64,000 nucleotides of DNA from Blastocystis sp. Blastoise (Eukaryota; Protista; Bigyra: Opalinata): NCBI GenBank assembly GCA_039096225.1, contig JBBPEB010000015.1:310001-374000 (forward strand). Reading direction: 5' to 3'. Position numbers and translations under genes: made by a program. Shown here piece after piece: positions 36,287 through 50,700 of this stretch (position 1 is the first letter of the stretch; every line of letters begins with the position of its first letter). The notes under the pieces were generated by a model. That model was not told the origin of the DNA and did no database searches. It saw nothing but the letters and a program-made list of their open reading frames with translations.

Positions 36287-39200
36287 TTAATTAATATAAG
36301 TATATACTTCACAAAGAATGTCATCAGGGGTTTTATTTGTATGTATATCCATTACTAAAACGTTTGAAGCAAGAAATATGTTAATATTTTGGAATCCTTG
36401 AAACCCTTGACTGTCCATAAAGTGATAATATAATCCTGTTGCAGATGATAATGCTGGACCATAATCGTAATTCATTACAAATATGGAATCATTCACCTTT
36501 ATATATTTTAAGGCCTTTACAAGATGTGGCTGATGATTATTTTCTTTTTCATAATATATCAAGTATGAATTATCTATTCTATGTACACCATCATCAACTT
36601 GGCTGGTTGTATATATAAGTTTGTTATTAACAAGGATTCTATCATAGAAACTAACAGATAGTTTATTATAATTATCCTTCAACTGATGAAAATTATTTTC
36701 TATAAATAAGTTTAAATTATAATTTCTATTTTCTCCTGTCCAACCAATAATACCATCTATTAGATAATTAATAAGTGTTTGAGATCCTTCTTCAAGAATT
36801 ATTTTGAGAAACTGGAAAAGTACTTTATCTGGCATCTCTATCGGTTCAGAATAATGAGAACAACTAGCAGAATATATATATGTTTTATTGTTTCCAACAG
36901 GATTATAGTAAATAGTATTCTTATCATGTTGCATATCTTCACATGGTTGAGATATATTACTTATTTCGTTTCTGTTATTGGATCTTCCTTGATGATCATT
37001 AGATACTAAAATTGTTTCTTTGGTTATTGATGACATGCAGCAGGAAATATTAAATTCATTGCGAGAATGAGATGAGTGCTTAATTTTAGAATAATATGAT
37101 TCTGATTTCCAAGTTGATGTTACTGATAAGCTTCCTGTATTTCTTAAACATGAGACCAAGTGCTGGATAGAATGTATTTGAGATGTAATTAATTGCTTTG
37201 GCAGTATAAGCTCACAGAGAAATGTGAATGTAAAACATTTCTTTTCAAGCATTTCCAAGTCTTCGATATCATTCGCTTTATATATATGGCAATCATGAAT
37301 AATAGAAGCTAATAATTCGAAAAGAGGTATTATAGGACTGTCTTTTGAATTAAAATCATATAATATTAATGGTAATATTTTAGAAACGAAAAATATTTTC
37401 GTGTGTGTATTTATTTTGTTGAACATTGTTTCATCTAGTATATAACGAAACTGGTATTCACAATCCCCATATATACTATTAACTGCTGAGATACGTGTTT
37501 CCAAAATGCTTTTATTTGTTGGGTTTAGTTCAAATGGTTTCCTCTGGTTTTCTTTAGTATTATCATTTTCTTTTTCATTTGAGGATGTCTTTTTATTCGA
37601 TTGATCTTCCTTCATATTACTTACATTACTATCTTCCTTCATATTACTATCTTCCTTCATATTACTTTCATTACTATCTTCCTTCATATTACATTTATTA
37701 CTATCTTTCTTCTTCTTACCTTTATTACTATTTTTCCTCTTCTTACCTTTATTACTTTCTTTCTTCTTCTTACTTTTATTACTTTCTTCCTTCTTCTTAC
37801 TTTTATTTTTATTTTCCTTCTTGAATCCAAATAATAAACTTAATAAAGTATTACAAACATTTCCAAAAAGATGCATAGTATCTAATGGAAATGATGTTGA
37901 AGGATTAAAGTAGCTAAGTTGTTCAGAAGTACTTCTTACCTTTTTTATTCCTTTATTGTAGGATGGATTATCATTATTACTACTTCTTATTTCAGTAATT
38001 ACTTCTTTAGAATATGGATTGTATCTAATATTAGTAAATGAATCTTCATATAACTTACAACTCTTCGAAAAGGATTTGTACATGATATATGGTTTACTAT
38101 TTATATAAGTATTCGTTTTATTAATCCATTTAAGAAGAAACTGATAACATGGAATATATATATGGACTCCAGTATTCGACTTTTGAACTGATATAGATAC
38201 ATGAGAATAGGAACACTTCATACCTTCATGTAATAGTTCAGCATGCTTATCGCTTTGCATATCGCAAAATCTACAAGGATATGTAGATGATGGACCTAAA
38301 AATTTACCTACATGAGATAATGCTGCAGAATCTCCAAATGTATTAATTAATATGCCAACTACTTTCCTATTCTGTAATCTCCCATCAAGATAAATATCCA
38401 TGTTTATTCCAGCTTGGAGTAACTTGAATTCAGCCATCAGTATATCAAGGCATAAGTCAATAGAAGGCTCATCTACGCAAGTATACATATAGAACTCTCT
38501 TTTATCGTACTTTCTAAATTTCTTATAATTTAATAATTGGATCAAAATTGGGTTTGAAGAACTATTCTGCTTAGTAACAGCCTTATCAAACATCGATATA
38601 CCGTCTGTAGTAACGTTGAATGATAAAATGATATCACCATTATTGGCACAATCTCTAAGATATGATTTATAATTCATTCCTAGCATGTAATTTGGTATAT
38701 TTTGAATCATTGAATCTAGGTTACTATTATTAAGACTACTATATATTTGTTCTATCTCATCTTTTCGATAAAATTCAATATCTTGTATATAATATGGAGA
38801 TGAAAGTATGGCTTGAAGTCGGGGAATTAGTGGAATAATAACTTGTTTGTTACCTATATAAGAATTATATAATGTTTTGTGATATATATATATATATATA
38901 TAACTACTTCTAGAAATATATACATATATTTCCGTTGCATATAGGATTACTACATGTTATATCTTTAAATAATGGATATGCTTGTATTGTATTATATGTA
39001 TGTATTACATGACACTTATTACATGAAAATATATTTATATGAAGAGGCTTATATATAGAATTTCTAACATATTTTCTTACAATATTTTGTGAGCATTTGG
39101 GTATTGTTAATATAGGAAGATCAATGTCAAATTCGCTTATTAAATTATTTATTAATTCATACAAATTTGCTACTTTTTGAAAGCTAATACCTAGTTTTCT

Positions 39201-39619
39201 CCAACACTCAAAAATTAGGTCATTCATGGCATCCTCTTTTGTACTCACTTTCTCATGAATTATCTAGATAAAATGATTAGTAGGTATTGTGTTGAAGAAA
39301 TATAATAATGGCTTATATTAAAAGAGAGGTATATATTATATATATATTAATATAAACCGTATACTTTTTGTGATAAGATGAGTTGCATGATCTGCCTTAT
39401 AATATCACCATTTTCTATCTCAATTGGTGTATTCTCATTATTTAAAGAAATATTCACATTGTTGATTTCATCTGCAATCAAGGTAGTTGATCTATGATAA
39501 GTGTCATGTCTCTCAGATAATAATGTTGCTATGATCATTAATGTTATTTCTTATTTTTATATCTTACTATTTATTCCTGATTTCTTCTTATTAGATATCT
39601 TATGTCTATAATTATTCAT
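36287..39619 (-). mobile_element. CACTA/EnSpm (CMC superfamily, Tnp2/Transposase_21-like) transposase gene, apparently intact, three introns
   Basis: N-terminal CxxC...CxxxxC, IIPLIPRLQAIL, TDG, GDSAALSHV, YPCRFC, DTMH, IHSIQHL, TWKSES. Introns join in frame; probable ATG at 39617-39619. Element termini not found. Confidence 0.85.
37590..37815 (-). repeat. coding minisatellite inside the transposase (KKK-SNK and MKEDSN units)
   Basis: Tandem 18-27 bp units in frame within ORF 36287..38710. Confidence 0.8.
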
Positions 39620-39735
39620 TATAACAAATACTATGAAAAATGTTTATTAAAAAAAATAAAATTCATTTCTTCTGTAGAATTTTACTGATTATTATCACGG
39701 TTTTCATATATATTTTTTCTTTTACTTTCTTTTTC

Positions 39736-40522
39736 ATGGAATCATCTACTTTATCTTCATTAGAAAGAAATAAAATTGATAGTCTTCAAGAAGATATCTA
39801 TAAAGCTATCGAACATTATTTTAACGAATTAAAAGGTGAAGAGACAAATGGTATTTCAATTTAATTCTTTGGTAATAATTATTTAGAAAAGACTATTCGT
39901 TGCTCAGATGTTTTTATAGAATGTGAGGCTATGATAAGAAGACTTTCCATTAAAAGAGATATTCCATTTAGAAACAAGAAGTTGAATTCAAATAAATTAA
40001 AAGTATTTATTGTATACATATATAATGTTTAATTCAATAGACTATAATAAAGGTAATTCCTTTTTGCTTACCTGAAGCTATACGAAAAAATGCAAAATCC
40101 ATGTTTACATTAAAAAAGAATAATATATGTTTAGATCATGAGTCAGAGGTCTACATATATATTTGTCGTCTTGCTCGTCTTTATTTGCATACATATGAGA
40201 AACAAGATAATTATAGTGATGAAATTATAATGGTTTGTGTTCGTGAATGTATTACTAATCGTCGTCGAAAAGGCTCGTTTCCTCAATTCTTTGGGTTTCA
40301 TTTAGATAGAGAAATAGAAATACATGACTCAGGATCCTCTGAGATTGTATGCTTTTATACGTTTCTTTTATCATTCTTTTATATAATATTCTTTATTTTT
40401 AGTTTGGCAAATGGATTCCAATTAGTCCTTTTCCAAATACAAGTTCTTATACATATATACATTATGAAACAATAATAAACAATTTGCAGAAATGCCAAGA
40501 GATTCTACCATTCTCAGGATAA
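39736..40522 (+). CDS. hypothetical transposon-associated protein, possible BEN-like DNA-binding domain
   Basis: Four exons joined in frame by GT-AG introns, ending TAA at 40520-40522. Helix DEIIMVCVRECITNRRRK resembles the C-terminal helix of BEN domains (inference). Divergent from the transposase. Confidence 0.6.
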
Positions 40523-41628
40523 ATCTTTGAATTATTCTATTTTTCTTTATTCCTTTATTCTATTTCATAATGATTGGCTATTTATCTTCTACACTATAAT
40601 TCTTTTGATTTATATTAAAATGATTGGCTAAGTATTTTTAATAGAATATATTTTTATGCTGACTTTATTTTTTGTTTTACACCATACATTCATATTTTAT
40701 TTTATTGCTTTGTTTATCTCACAACAAAAATATCAATGAACATATTCAATAACTATACTCTTTGAAAATGTATTTTACTTTTAAACAGTATTAAAGTATT
40801 ATTGTGTCTAGGTGTCTATCAATTTTCGAATCAATTATCTTGTTAATGTATATAATGTTGTAAAATATCATAACATCTTTTTATATAGAATGTCAGGTGT
40901 TTGATTATTCAAGGGTAGCAAGTATTTTGTTTCGTATTTCTATAATTCTTTGTTACTATTATTTAATTAACTATCAATATCCCTTTCTTTAGTTGCTTCA
41001 TATAAATTGTAACGTGCATTGAAATGACAGCTATCTTTAACGATGTGAATTAGGTATGTATAACTATTTATTGATTTGAATAATTCTAACTTATTTTTTT
41101 TATATAGAGTATTTATAGACAGAAGTAATTACCACCAGTAGATAGATTTAAAAAAATGTTTTAATGTTATTTCACAATTAGAATTTATTTACAATTTACT
41201 CGTTTTGTTTTCTAATTTTTGTTATAATGGTTAAAGCCATAGTTGCGTATAGAGTAGTTTATGAAAATAACAAAGATAAATTTAAATCATTAAATAGTTT
41301 TTAAATTAATTATTCAAAGAGCGACCAAAAATAATCATCGTGTATATACTAAAAATCTTCATTGGGTTTTTTTATGCTTTTTGTTGTTTATTCTGTGGAG
41401 GGTATTTTTTTTCCTTGTTTAATTGTTCTGAAAAAATCTTAAATCCAAAAAGCAAAACGTGACAAAGAAGGCCATTTTTATTCATGGAAATCGCTGATAG
41501 TTAACTATTTTTCATTATTGTAAAAATAATCATGTTTTTTTCTCGTTTTTTACCATTGATTTTAAACAGTTTCTCTTTCATTTTTATACTCACTTATTAG
41601 TGTCATCCTCTTTTTATATTTGTAAATC

Positions 41629-43149
41629 ATGTCATTTATCGTTAGAGGTATGATATCAAAGTCTTCTTTCATAAATTCTTCTGCAAAAACAATTCTCAAA
41701 TTGAATGCTACTCGTTCTTTTACCACCTATATGCCTACTATAAACTTTGGTAAGCATTATGATGCTGAAATCATGCCAGAGAAAGAAGCAAAACCTAAAG
41801 CTGCTGTATCTTTTTTAATTTTTTCTTTTCTTATGTCTTATTTCTTAGATGCTACTTCTTCACGGAATTGGTGATTGTGGTATGCTTATCATTCTATGAA
41901 TGTTATATTGTTTTTCATATTTCATTAGGTTATTACATGCTTCCTTATGCTTCTTGGATAGCTAGTGAGTATAGAAACACTTATTTTTATGCACCTACAG
42001 GTAAAACTATTCCCATTTCTTCAAGAGCTAAAGCTGAACATATTGCTTGGGTACATATATAATTAATTCTTTATGTTAATATGTATTATTTTTTTACACA
42101 ACTAATTCAAATTGATATTTTTTTTTATATATTTTTAATTATTACATTAATCATTTTTTTTATATATATTTTTAATTATATCATTATTGATATATTCTTT
42201 TTTAGTATTCTTTATGTATATGTATATAGTATGATATTCCTACAACAGATATAAAAGGAGCTAATGATTGCCCTGGAATTGGTGATAGCTATAATATGAT
42301 ATATAACTGGGTAGAAGAACAAATAAAGAAAGGCATTGATCCTAAACATATCGTTATTTCTGGGTATTCTCAAGGAGCTGCTCTTGCTCTTTTCTCTAGT
42401 ATAATAATAATATAATAATAATATAATAATAATATTTATATAATAATAATATTTATATAATAATATTTATATAATAATAATATATTCATAATATTTCTTT
42501 ATATCTACTATATGTTTTATTCCTATAGCTCTTTCTCTTCCTTATACAATTGGTAAGGCCATCATCTTCTCTGGCTATTTACCTATGTACGACTCTATTG
42601 TAGCATCGCCAGAAGCCAAACAATCACCTATCATGTATATATGAAATAATAATAATAATATAAAAATAATAATATAATATAATAATAATAATAATTTTTA
42701 TTATAAAAACAAAATACCTATTGAATACCTTTTTCTATTACTATTGATTTACATTAGCTAATTTTATTTCTATAAATTCAATTATATAACTTTAAAAATA
42801 TTTATTGATTAAACTATATATATAACTCTATATATAGAATGTATCACGGTTCTTTAGATAATAAAGTTCCTTTAGAAGCTGCCAAACAAAGTGCTGAAAT
42901 TGTCAAGAAATTAGGAGTATATATATATTTATATTTCTTATCTTTAAAAAAACATGTTTATGTCTCATCTATCTCTATATACATATAAATATCTTATATA
43001 TAAATATATTTAACACATAAATATTACTTATATCTATATAACATATATAGTGTCCTATTGAATTTAAGTCCTATGTTGGTATTAAACATATTATTCATAG
43101 AACTATGGTAGAAGATGCTATTCAACAATTGAAGGATGTTCTCTATTAA
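41629..43149 (+). CDS. phospholipase/carboxylesterase (acyl-protein thioesterase-like, Abhydrolase_2) with mitochondrial-type presequence
   Basis: LLHGIGD, AWYDI, GYSQGA nucleophile, FSGYLP, YHGSLDNKVP (Asp), YVGIKH (His); GT-AG introns. Confidence 0.88.
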
Positions 43150-43493
43150 ATAAATATATTCCATTACTCTCTTCATTATTTTCTTTAAAAATCATCAGTA
43201 TTCTTCTCTATTATTTTGGGTATAGAGATTCTTATATATATATCAATGTTTTATATTGCTTTGTTTGTGTACTTGTACTATTATTATTTATTCATACATA
43301 AAATATTGCTATAACAATAGATTTATCAATTATCAAACTAAAAACTTAATAAAAGAAACAGTTACAGAATAAAAAATATTCAAAAAATATTTAAAAATAA
43401 CAAAAAAAAGCAAGGATAGAAACGTATACATATAAAATAAAATTGAAAAAAATAATAATAATATATTTTTTTTGAAATATTAAAACAACATTT

Positions 43494-46400
43494 CTAAATA
43501 GGACAAAAACGTGTTAATTGATCAAAGAGTATTCTTGACATGGGAGAATTCTTTTTCTCTTTAAAATCTTCACAATAACAAATAAATTGAGGTGATTCTT
43601 TATCATTTTCATCTTCCTTAACATCTTCTAGAGTATGAATAATCTCTTCATATCTATATTTCTCTCCATAATTATGATCTTCATAATAACTATTAAAAAG
43701 AAGAAGCAATCGATTATTAACATCAGATTTAGTATATATATTACTTTTATTAATATCTTTATCTTGAGTCGTATTTAAACTATTCTTCTTCTCTTCTACT
43801 CTATTATACTTAGGTATAGGAGCAGGTGCTCTTAATAACCCAACAAACCCTGAAAACCCTAGACCATTTGCCATCACTGTTAATACACTTGTTACAGTAC
43901 GACCTGTTTGAGATAATAAATCATATAATAATGTCTTTCCAACAGTTATTGCTAAGTCAGATACTGGAGATTTCTTAGCATTAAAAACTAAAGGCTTAAA
44001 TTTAACTTTTATCATCGAATAATCATCAACACCAGGAAGAGGACGAGTATCTATATATATGTAAATGTAATATTATATACAAATTATATATATAGAAGAT
44101 TAACATATAATATAAGGTAATAATACATATAATAAATAATATACAGAAAAAAAAAACATAATTAAAACATATATAATACTTTTAAATAACTTAATAAATA
44201 TATATACCTGTAATACTACAGAAGACATCTATTCGATTAATTCGAAGATATTTTATATATATACAACGTTTAGTTAGTTTCTTCTTAATAGCTAGTTTTT
44301 TATTTTCTTGTGTATTCGTATCTATATCTTTATTTTCCATACCTGTAGAAACATCCTTACTACTCATACGTTTTTTAATATCTTTCTTCTCTTTCTCTTT
44401 CTCCTTTTCTTGATCTTTTTGAGTTGTAGAAATAGAATTGAAGGAAGATGTATGAGAAATAGAAGAAGTATCTTTTGAAGAGTCAGTTGGATTCGATATA
44501 TCTATATAAAGATGAGTATCTTTGACAGTATCTAAAGAAGGAATCAAAGAGGGATCTTGAGAGGCATCTAATGACGTAGGCTTACGTTTAATTAACTTTA
44601 CATCTGATGTATTAAAATACTTTATTATATCTTGTATTGAAGATCGCGAAATTTGTAATCTTAATGGATGTACGGAGACTACAAAAGATCGTAATGTAAA
44701 TAAATGATCTTCTGGAGGTATTAACTCACTTGTAATAATTAATACAGGAGATGTTTGACGTTGATGCTCTAACAAGAAGGGAAGTAATAATCTTGGATCC
44801 GAAACATCTGATAAGAAACTATATATAGCTAAAGAACGTAAAGATAATTGGGTTCTTCCTTCAGATGTGTCATATAATACGATCTCAAAATCAAGATCAT
44901 CCAATCGGAAATCGTGATGTAAAACTCGTTCATCAAATAATTGTATACGAATCTTTCCTATATATAACGTTACATCTATATTTGGATAAAGAACACTTGA
45001 TTTCTCTTCTATATTTTTTAATAAAATCTTTAAAAATTGTTCCATCTTTTTCTCTTCCTTTTTATATATAGAATATAATTCTAAAAGTGTAGTTAAAGAT
45101 AAAGGATTTGAATATAGAGGTGATTGCGAAGAAGGAAGAGGAGATGAAGAATTAGATGCCATAATAGGAATATATTGTTGAATACTATATGGATTAAAAT
45201 GTAAATCATATAAAGATAATCCTCTATAAGTAGGATAAGAAGGAGAATAAGATGAAATTCCATTTTGAGATATATATGGAATATATTCTAAAGAAGGATA
45301 TAAATTATCTAATGAGTTTATTCGAGGTCTATTGATATCTGAGGAATATATATAAGGATATGATGATAGATTTGTCATTGGTATATAAGAGATAGGAGAA
45401 TAAGAGGGTATATTTGAAAATTTATTTGAATAATCATTTATTTGATTATTATAAACAAGAGGAAGAGAAGGAGAAGAAGTAATAGAATTCAGAGGAGGAA
45501 GAGAAGAAGGGTATGAAAATTGAGGCATGGATTCTATGTGATGATAATATTCAGGGGAATTTGCAGGTAATGATGAAAATGAAGATAAAGATGGATTGGT
45601 TGATGAAAATATGGAGTTATTATCAATATCAATAACTTCATTTTTGTCTTTATTTTGTACAAAAGATTGATCCATATTATTCTTTATATTATCATGATTT
45701 TCTTTGTTTTTATTTATATTTTTAGAATTCATAAAAAATGGAGTAGAAACGTTATTAGTTGTTGATACAGGAATAGAAGAATAATTAGGATAAAGATCAT
45801 AATCTTTCGATTTCTTGGTAGATTTATTAATAGACGAAGGATATATATTATTCTTTTGAGAAATATCCTTTGGAAGAGCTGAATACATACTTAAATAATC
45901 TGAATATGGATTAGATATAGAAGGGGGAGAAGATAAAGGAGCTTTTCGAAGTGATAGATGCATACAATATCTTTTAATAAGCCAATCTAATCGATTTTCT
46001 TTCCATAAGATTTCTTGATATTGAGAATAAATAGATTTAAAATCAATATTATTAATTTCTGATGGTAATATTCCTTGACCATAAATATCAGTAGGTTCAT
46101 CGATTTTTGACATATAATCACGAATAATAACAAGTAATTGAGGAACAGATTCTTGAGTTAGATATCCATTCATTTTTAAGCATTCAATTCTCACAGTATT
46201 ATTTGCATCTTTTCCTGAATGTAATATATGTACATAAGTCTTAATAGGATGTGTACAGAATAATATCGTATACATACATTTCTTATCTAATTGACCTGAA
46301 TAGATAGGAGATAGTAATTGTATATCATCATGAAGATCTTTATAAAGTCTTAATGTATTATTCAATTGTTCTTTATCAATCCAAGTATTAAATGGATTAT

Positions 46401-47152
46401 TAAAACAAGAAAGAATAACTAAATTAGCAATAGAAAACTTCAATTTATATAATTCTACAAGAACAGAAGAATATATTTTAGCTCTTAACCATGGCATATA
46501 TATACATATATCACTACTTGTTGTATCACTACATATTTTTATAGATATACTTTTACATTGAATAACAAGAAGTGATTGTAATAATGATAAATCAGCATTT
46601 ATTGTTTTTGTATATAATGTATTTGAACTATGAGATAATTCAGGATCAATTTCTTTTAATAAACGACGATTCTCAAATTGTTCTAAAGATGCACCAACAG
46701 TATGTTTCATATAATTTTTACGTAATTTGATTGGAGGAATAGCTGGGTGTTTTGAATCATTTTCATCTATTACACTTGATCTTAGTGGATCTTGTTGGGG
46801 TAATGGCATCTCTAATGGTGACTTCAATTCTTTATCTTGTATATCTTGCTGAGATAGTGGAGGAATAGACAAAGTTATATTGTTATAATTCTTATTAGAA
46901 TCTTTAGAATCTTTAGAAGAGATATATATATCTTTATTAGGATCAGGAATAAACTTCTTTTTAAACATACTTAGTAAGATTTGTTTATTATAATATGTTT
47001 TTATATCATTATAAATATCTAGAATTACATCTAATGTAGAAGGATACATACAACATTGAATCTCTTCAATTCGAACTTTATAAGCAAATCCATCTTCATT
47101 TTCTAAGTAATCAATATATTGAGGAGATGAAGTACATTGACAACCTTTAGTT

Positions 47153-47191
<39 letters not shown>

Positions 47192-47216
47192 TTATTATTA
47201 TTATTATTATTATTAC

Positions 47217-47267
<51 letters not shown>

Positions 47268-47703
47268 CTGAGATATTATTATTAATATTATTACTATTAT
47301 TATTATTATTGTTATCTTTATTATCATTATTGTTATCTTTATTATTATTATTATTATTATTAGAACAAGGACAAGAGGAAGAGCAACTATTTTTTGAAGA
47401 TATATTTATAGGTATTGTATCTTTGATTGGAATATTCCGTATTTGATTATCTGTTCCAGGAATAAATGATATGTCTTTAGATGATGTATTTATATTATCC
47501 ATTTTGTCATTGTGATTCATAGTATCTTCCTCATGTTCATTGGTATGAATAGTATATGAATTATTAGTTTGTTCTTGTGCAGATTCATGTATATTAGATT
47601 TCATATTAATATTTGTATTTGATAAGTTAAGAACATTAAAAGAAGGAGAAGAGGAGGATATCATAGTAGAAGAAGAAGGAAGAGGACTTGGAATAGATAT
47701 AGG

Positions 47704-47771
<68 letters not shown>

Positions 47772-50700
47772 CTTTATTATCTTTATTATCTTTATTATCT
47801 TTATTATCTTTATTATTAGATAGAATTGAAGAATTCATTTGTGATATATTATTGGATGATTGAATATTTAGTGAGTTATCTGTAACAGCATAAGACTTTT
47901 TTGAAAGATGCGAATCGGACTGAGTATATAAAGAATACAGTTCTTCATAAGATTCAATATTAGGAGATGATGAATATGCATGTATATAATTATCTTTAGG
48001 ATACTCTTCATTGTTATTCTTAGTAGATTTATTATTCTTATTATTAGTTAAGATTAGCGAATTAGATATATTATTATCAACTTCTTCACTGAAATGGAAA
48101 GGAGAACCGACAGATACCAATCGATTTGGTGTATATGATGATAATAATGTATTATAATCAGAAAGACTACTTTTTAGATTGACAAATTGAGATCGTTTTA
48201 ATGTACTTCGTAATTGAGGTGTAGCAATAGAAGATCTTATATTTGTATTACTAGTAGATGAATATATATCAGGATTCGATTGTTGATATAGAGTATTTGA
48301 GTATATAGTATTACTATTCATAGAAGAGATAGAAGAAGAGGAAAGAGGGTTATGAGTCACAGAAGAAGAAATATTCGATGCAGAGAGAGGATGAGATGGA
48401 GTCTTACTTATTGGGGAAACTAATGATGATTCTATTATTCTTGAGGGAAGAGGAGGAGGAACAGAAGAAGGAGAAGAAGGTGATGCAGTATCTAGAGGAA
48501 TCGATGTTAATGATGGATTAATAACTTTATGATCAAGGGAATAAGGAGGAGCTATATATAAAGAATGATTAGTAGCAACATAATGATCTATAAGAATTAT
48601 ATATATATATATAATAATAATAATAAATATAATAATAAACAAATAGATATAGAATTATATACGTATATTTGTTTTTTCATATTGAATTTCATTATTATTC
48701 ATTGATGGCATATGACAAGGAGGAGAATCATGAAGAGGAATATCTGTAGTAACTTTAGTAATATCATTATTTACTACTTTAGTATCCCCTTTAGAATCTA
48801 ATTGTTCTTCAGGAATATATTCAAAAGAATCATCAGGTTTTGCCATATCTAAATATTCTTTTTTAATTTCTCCATTTTCATCTCGTTTTATAAATGCAAA
48901 GAAATTATTATCTGGAAGTTTAGTTCCATTTACATATACAGAATGATGTATTTCTGATTGTTTGTTATTTGTCAGACCAGATGGTTGCATATTATCATTA
49001 GTTGAAAGAAGAGAATTATCAGGATCTTCACCTGGAATTGTATTCATAGACATAGAACTGAAAGAAGTTCCTGATTGATGAATATCAATATTTCTTGCCC
49101 CTTCATTTGAATTTATTAGATTTCCTATCATATCCTCTTCATAACAATTCTCACTAAATAAATTAATTGAAGTAATTTTTACTAAAGGATATTCAGATTG
49201 TTGTTTATGTATATAATGAACATCAACCAGAATATCATTTATTTCAAATCGAATGGATGATAATTCCATAGTATTATCAGTATAACTAAATGTGTCTGAT
49301 GAAGTTGGATACATATATATACTTGTATTATTATTATTATCTTTCTGATCTTTATTATTAATAGGAATAGATTCGCTATTGTCTTGAACTTGTGATGAAG
49401 ATGATTCTATAGTTGAATATACAGGAGAGAGAGGTCTATCATAATTCTTATTTTTATATTGTATATCATTCTTTTCTTTAGATGGATTTACAGGGAAAGA
49501 AGAGTCAGAATGAAGAATAGGAGATAATCGAGGAGACCTAAAGGGTATATCCTGTAAAGGAGAATAAGAAGGAGTTTTATTACTATATCCTCTTATTATA
49601 GAAGGACATAGAGCAGAAGTAACAGTAGTAGAATAAGTAGTATCTTCATGAGTTGATATTCCATTAGTATTATCATACGAATTAAATACTTTTTCATTAT
49701 TTATAGAGGAACATCCTGATTGAGAATGGGTACTATTTCCACGTGGAAATGATGATGTGGAGAAAACATCTCTTTCAATTTCTTCTTTGGTTTTCTCTAC
49801 AAACGTGTTTTTCATCGAAAATTGCGTTTGCTGCTTATGTTCATTAGAAACATCATCTAGACATGAAAAAGAACTAGAAGAAGAAGACAAAGCTTCATCA
49901 TTTAATATAGTATTTGTGGTAGTAGAAGCATCTTGATAATTATGTTTATACATATGATTATGATTTTGAGAATGATTTGATGTATTATTTTTATTATGTA
50001 TTTGAATAGGTAGTCCACGAGAAAGAGAAGTAAGAGTAGACAGAGTAGGAATAGATGTATTTGTAGGAGGAATAGGTGTTGATAAAGAAAGTGAAGAAGT
50101 GGATTGAGTAGGAGTTGATAAATAGATTTCTGTTGGATCCGGAGATTTATCGAATTGATTCATTATATGAGGAATAGTATCTTGAGTATCTTTTATCTGG
50201 ATATCATTATTATTCATATCACTAATATTATCATCACTATTTGTATTCTTATTTTGAGTAGTATCATCACTACTATCACTTTCAGAATCTAAAGACATAT
50301 TCATTTCTTGATGAAATGTAAATCGATTCAAAAACTGAGAAACATTACTTTTTATAGATTTCTTTAAAAATTCATATTTTCTTTCTCTATTCGATACATA
50401 AAGTTCATCGTCACTTGTATCACTATCTTCAGTATTCTCTTCTTCATCATCTTCAGCATTCTCTTCTATTTCTTCAGGATGAATTGAAGAGGAATAATTT
50501 TTGAAATGATAATTTTTATTTTGATTCATATATTTATTATCTTTATCATTGGTATTTTTATTAGTATCTATTCCATGATTTTGATCCCCTTTTGATAATC
50601 CTTTTGATTCTTTATTCTCTTTATCACGTAATAAGGTAGATTGTTTATCTATCATACTATTATTTGTATCTTGTCCTTCTTGATATGTACTCAAAGGATC

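Noticed and set aside
28840-40910. Possible element termini (shared GTGTTTGATTATT near 28890 and 40897; CACTG near 35659)
   Set aside because: A short direct match in AT-rich DNA; no matching inverted CACTA/CACTG pair or target-site duplication found.
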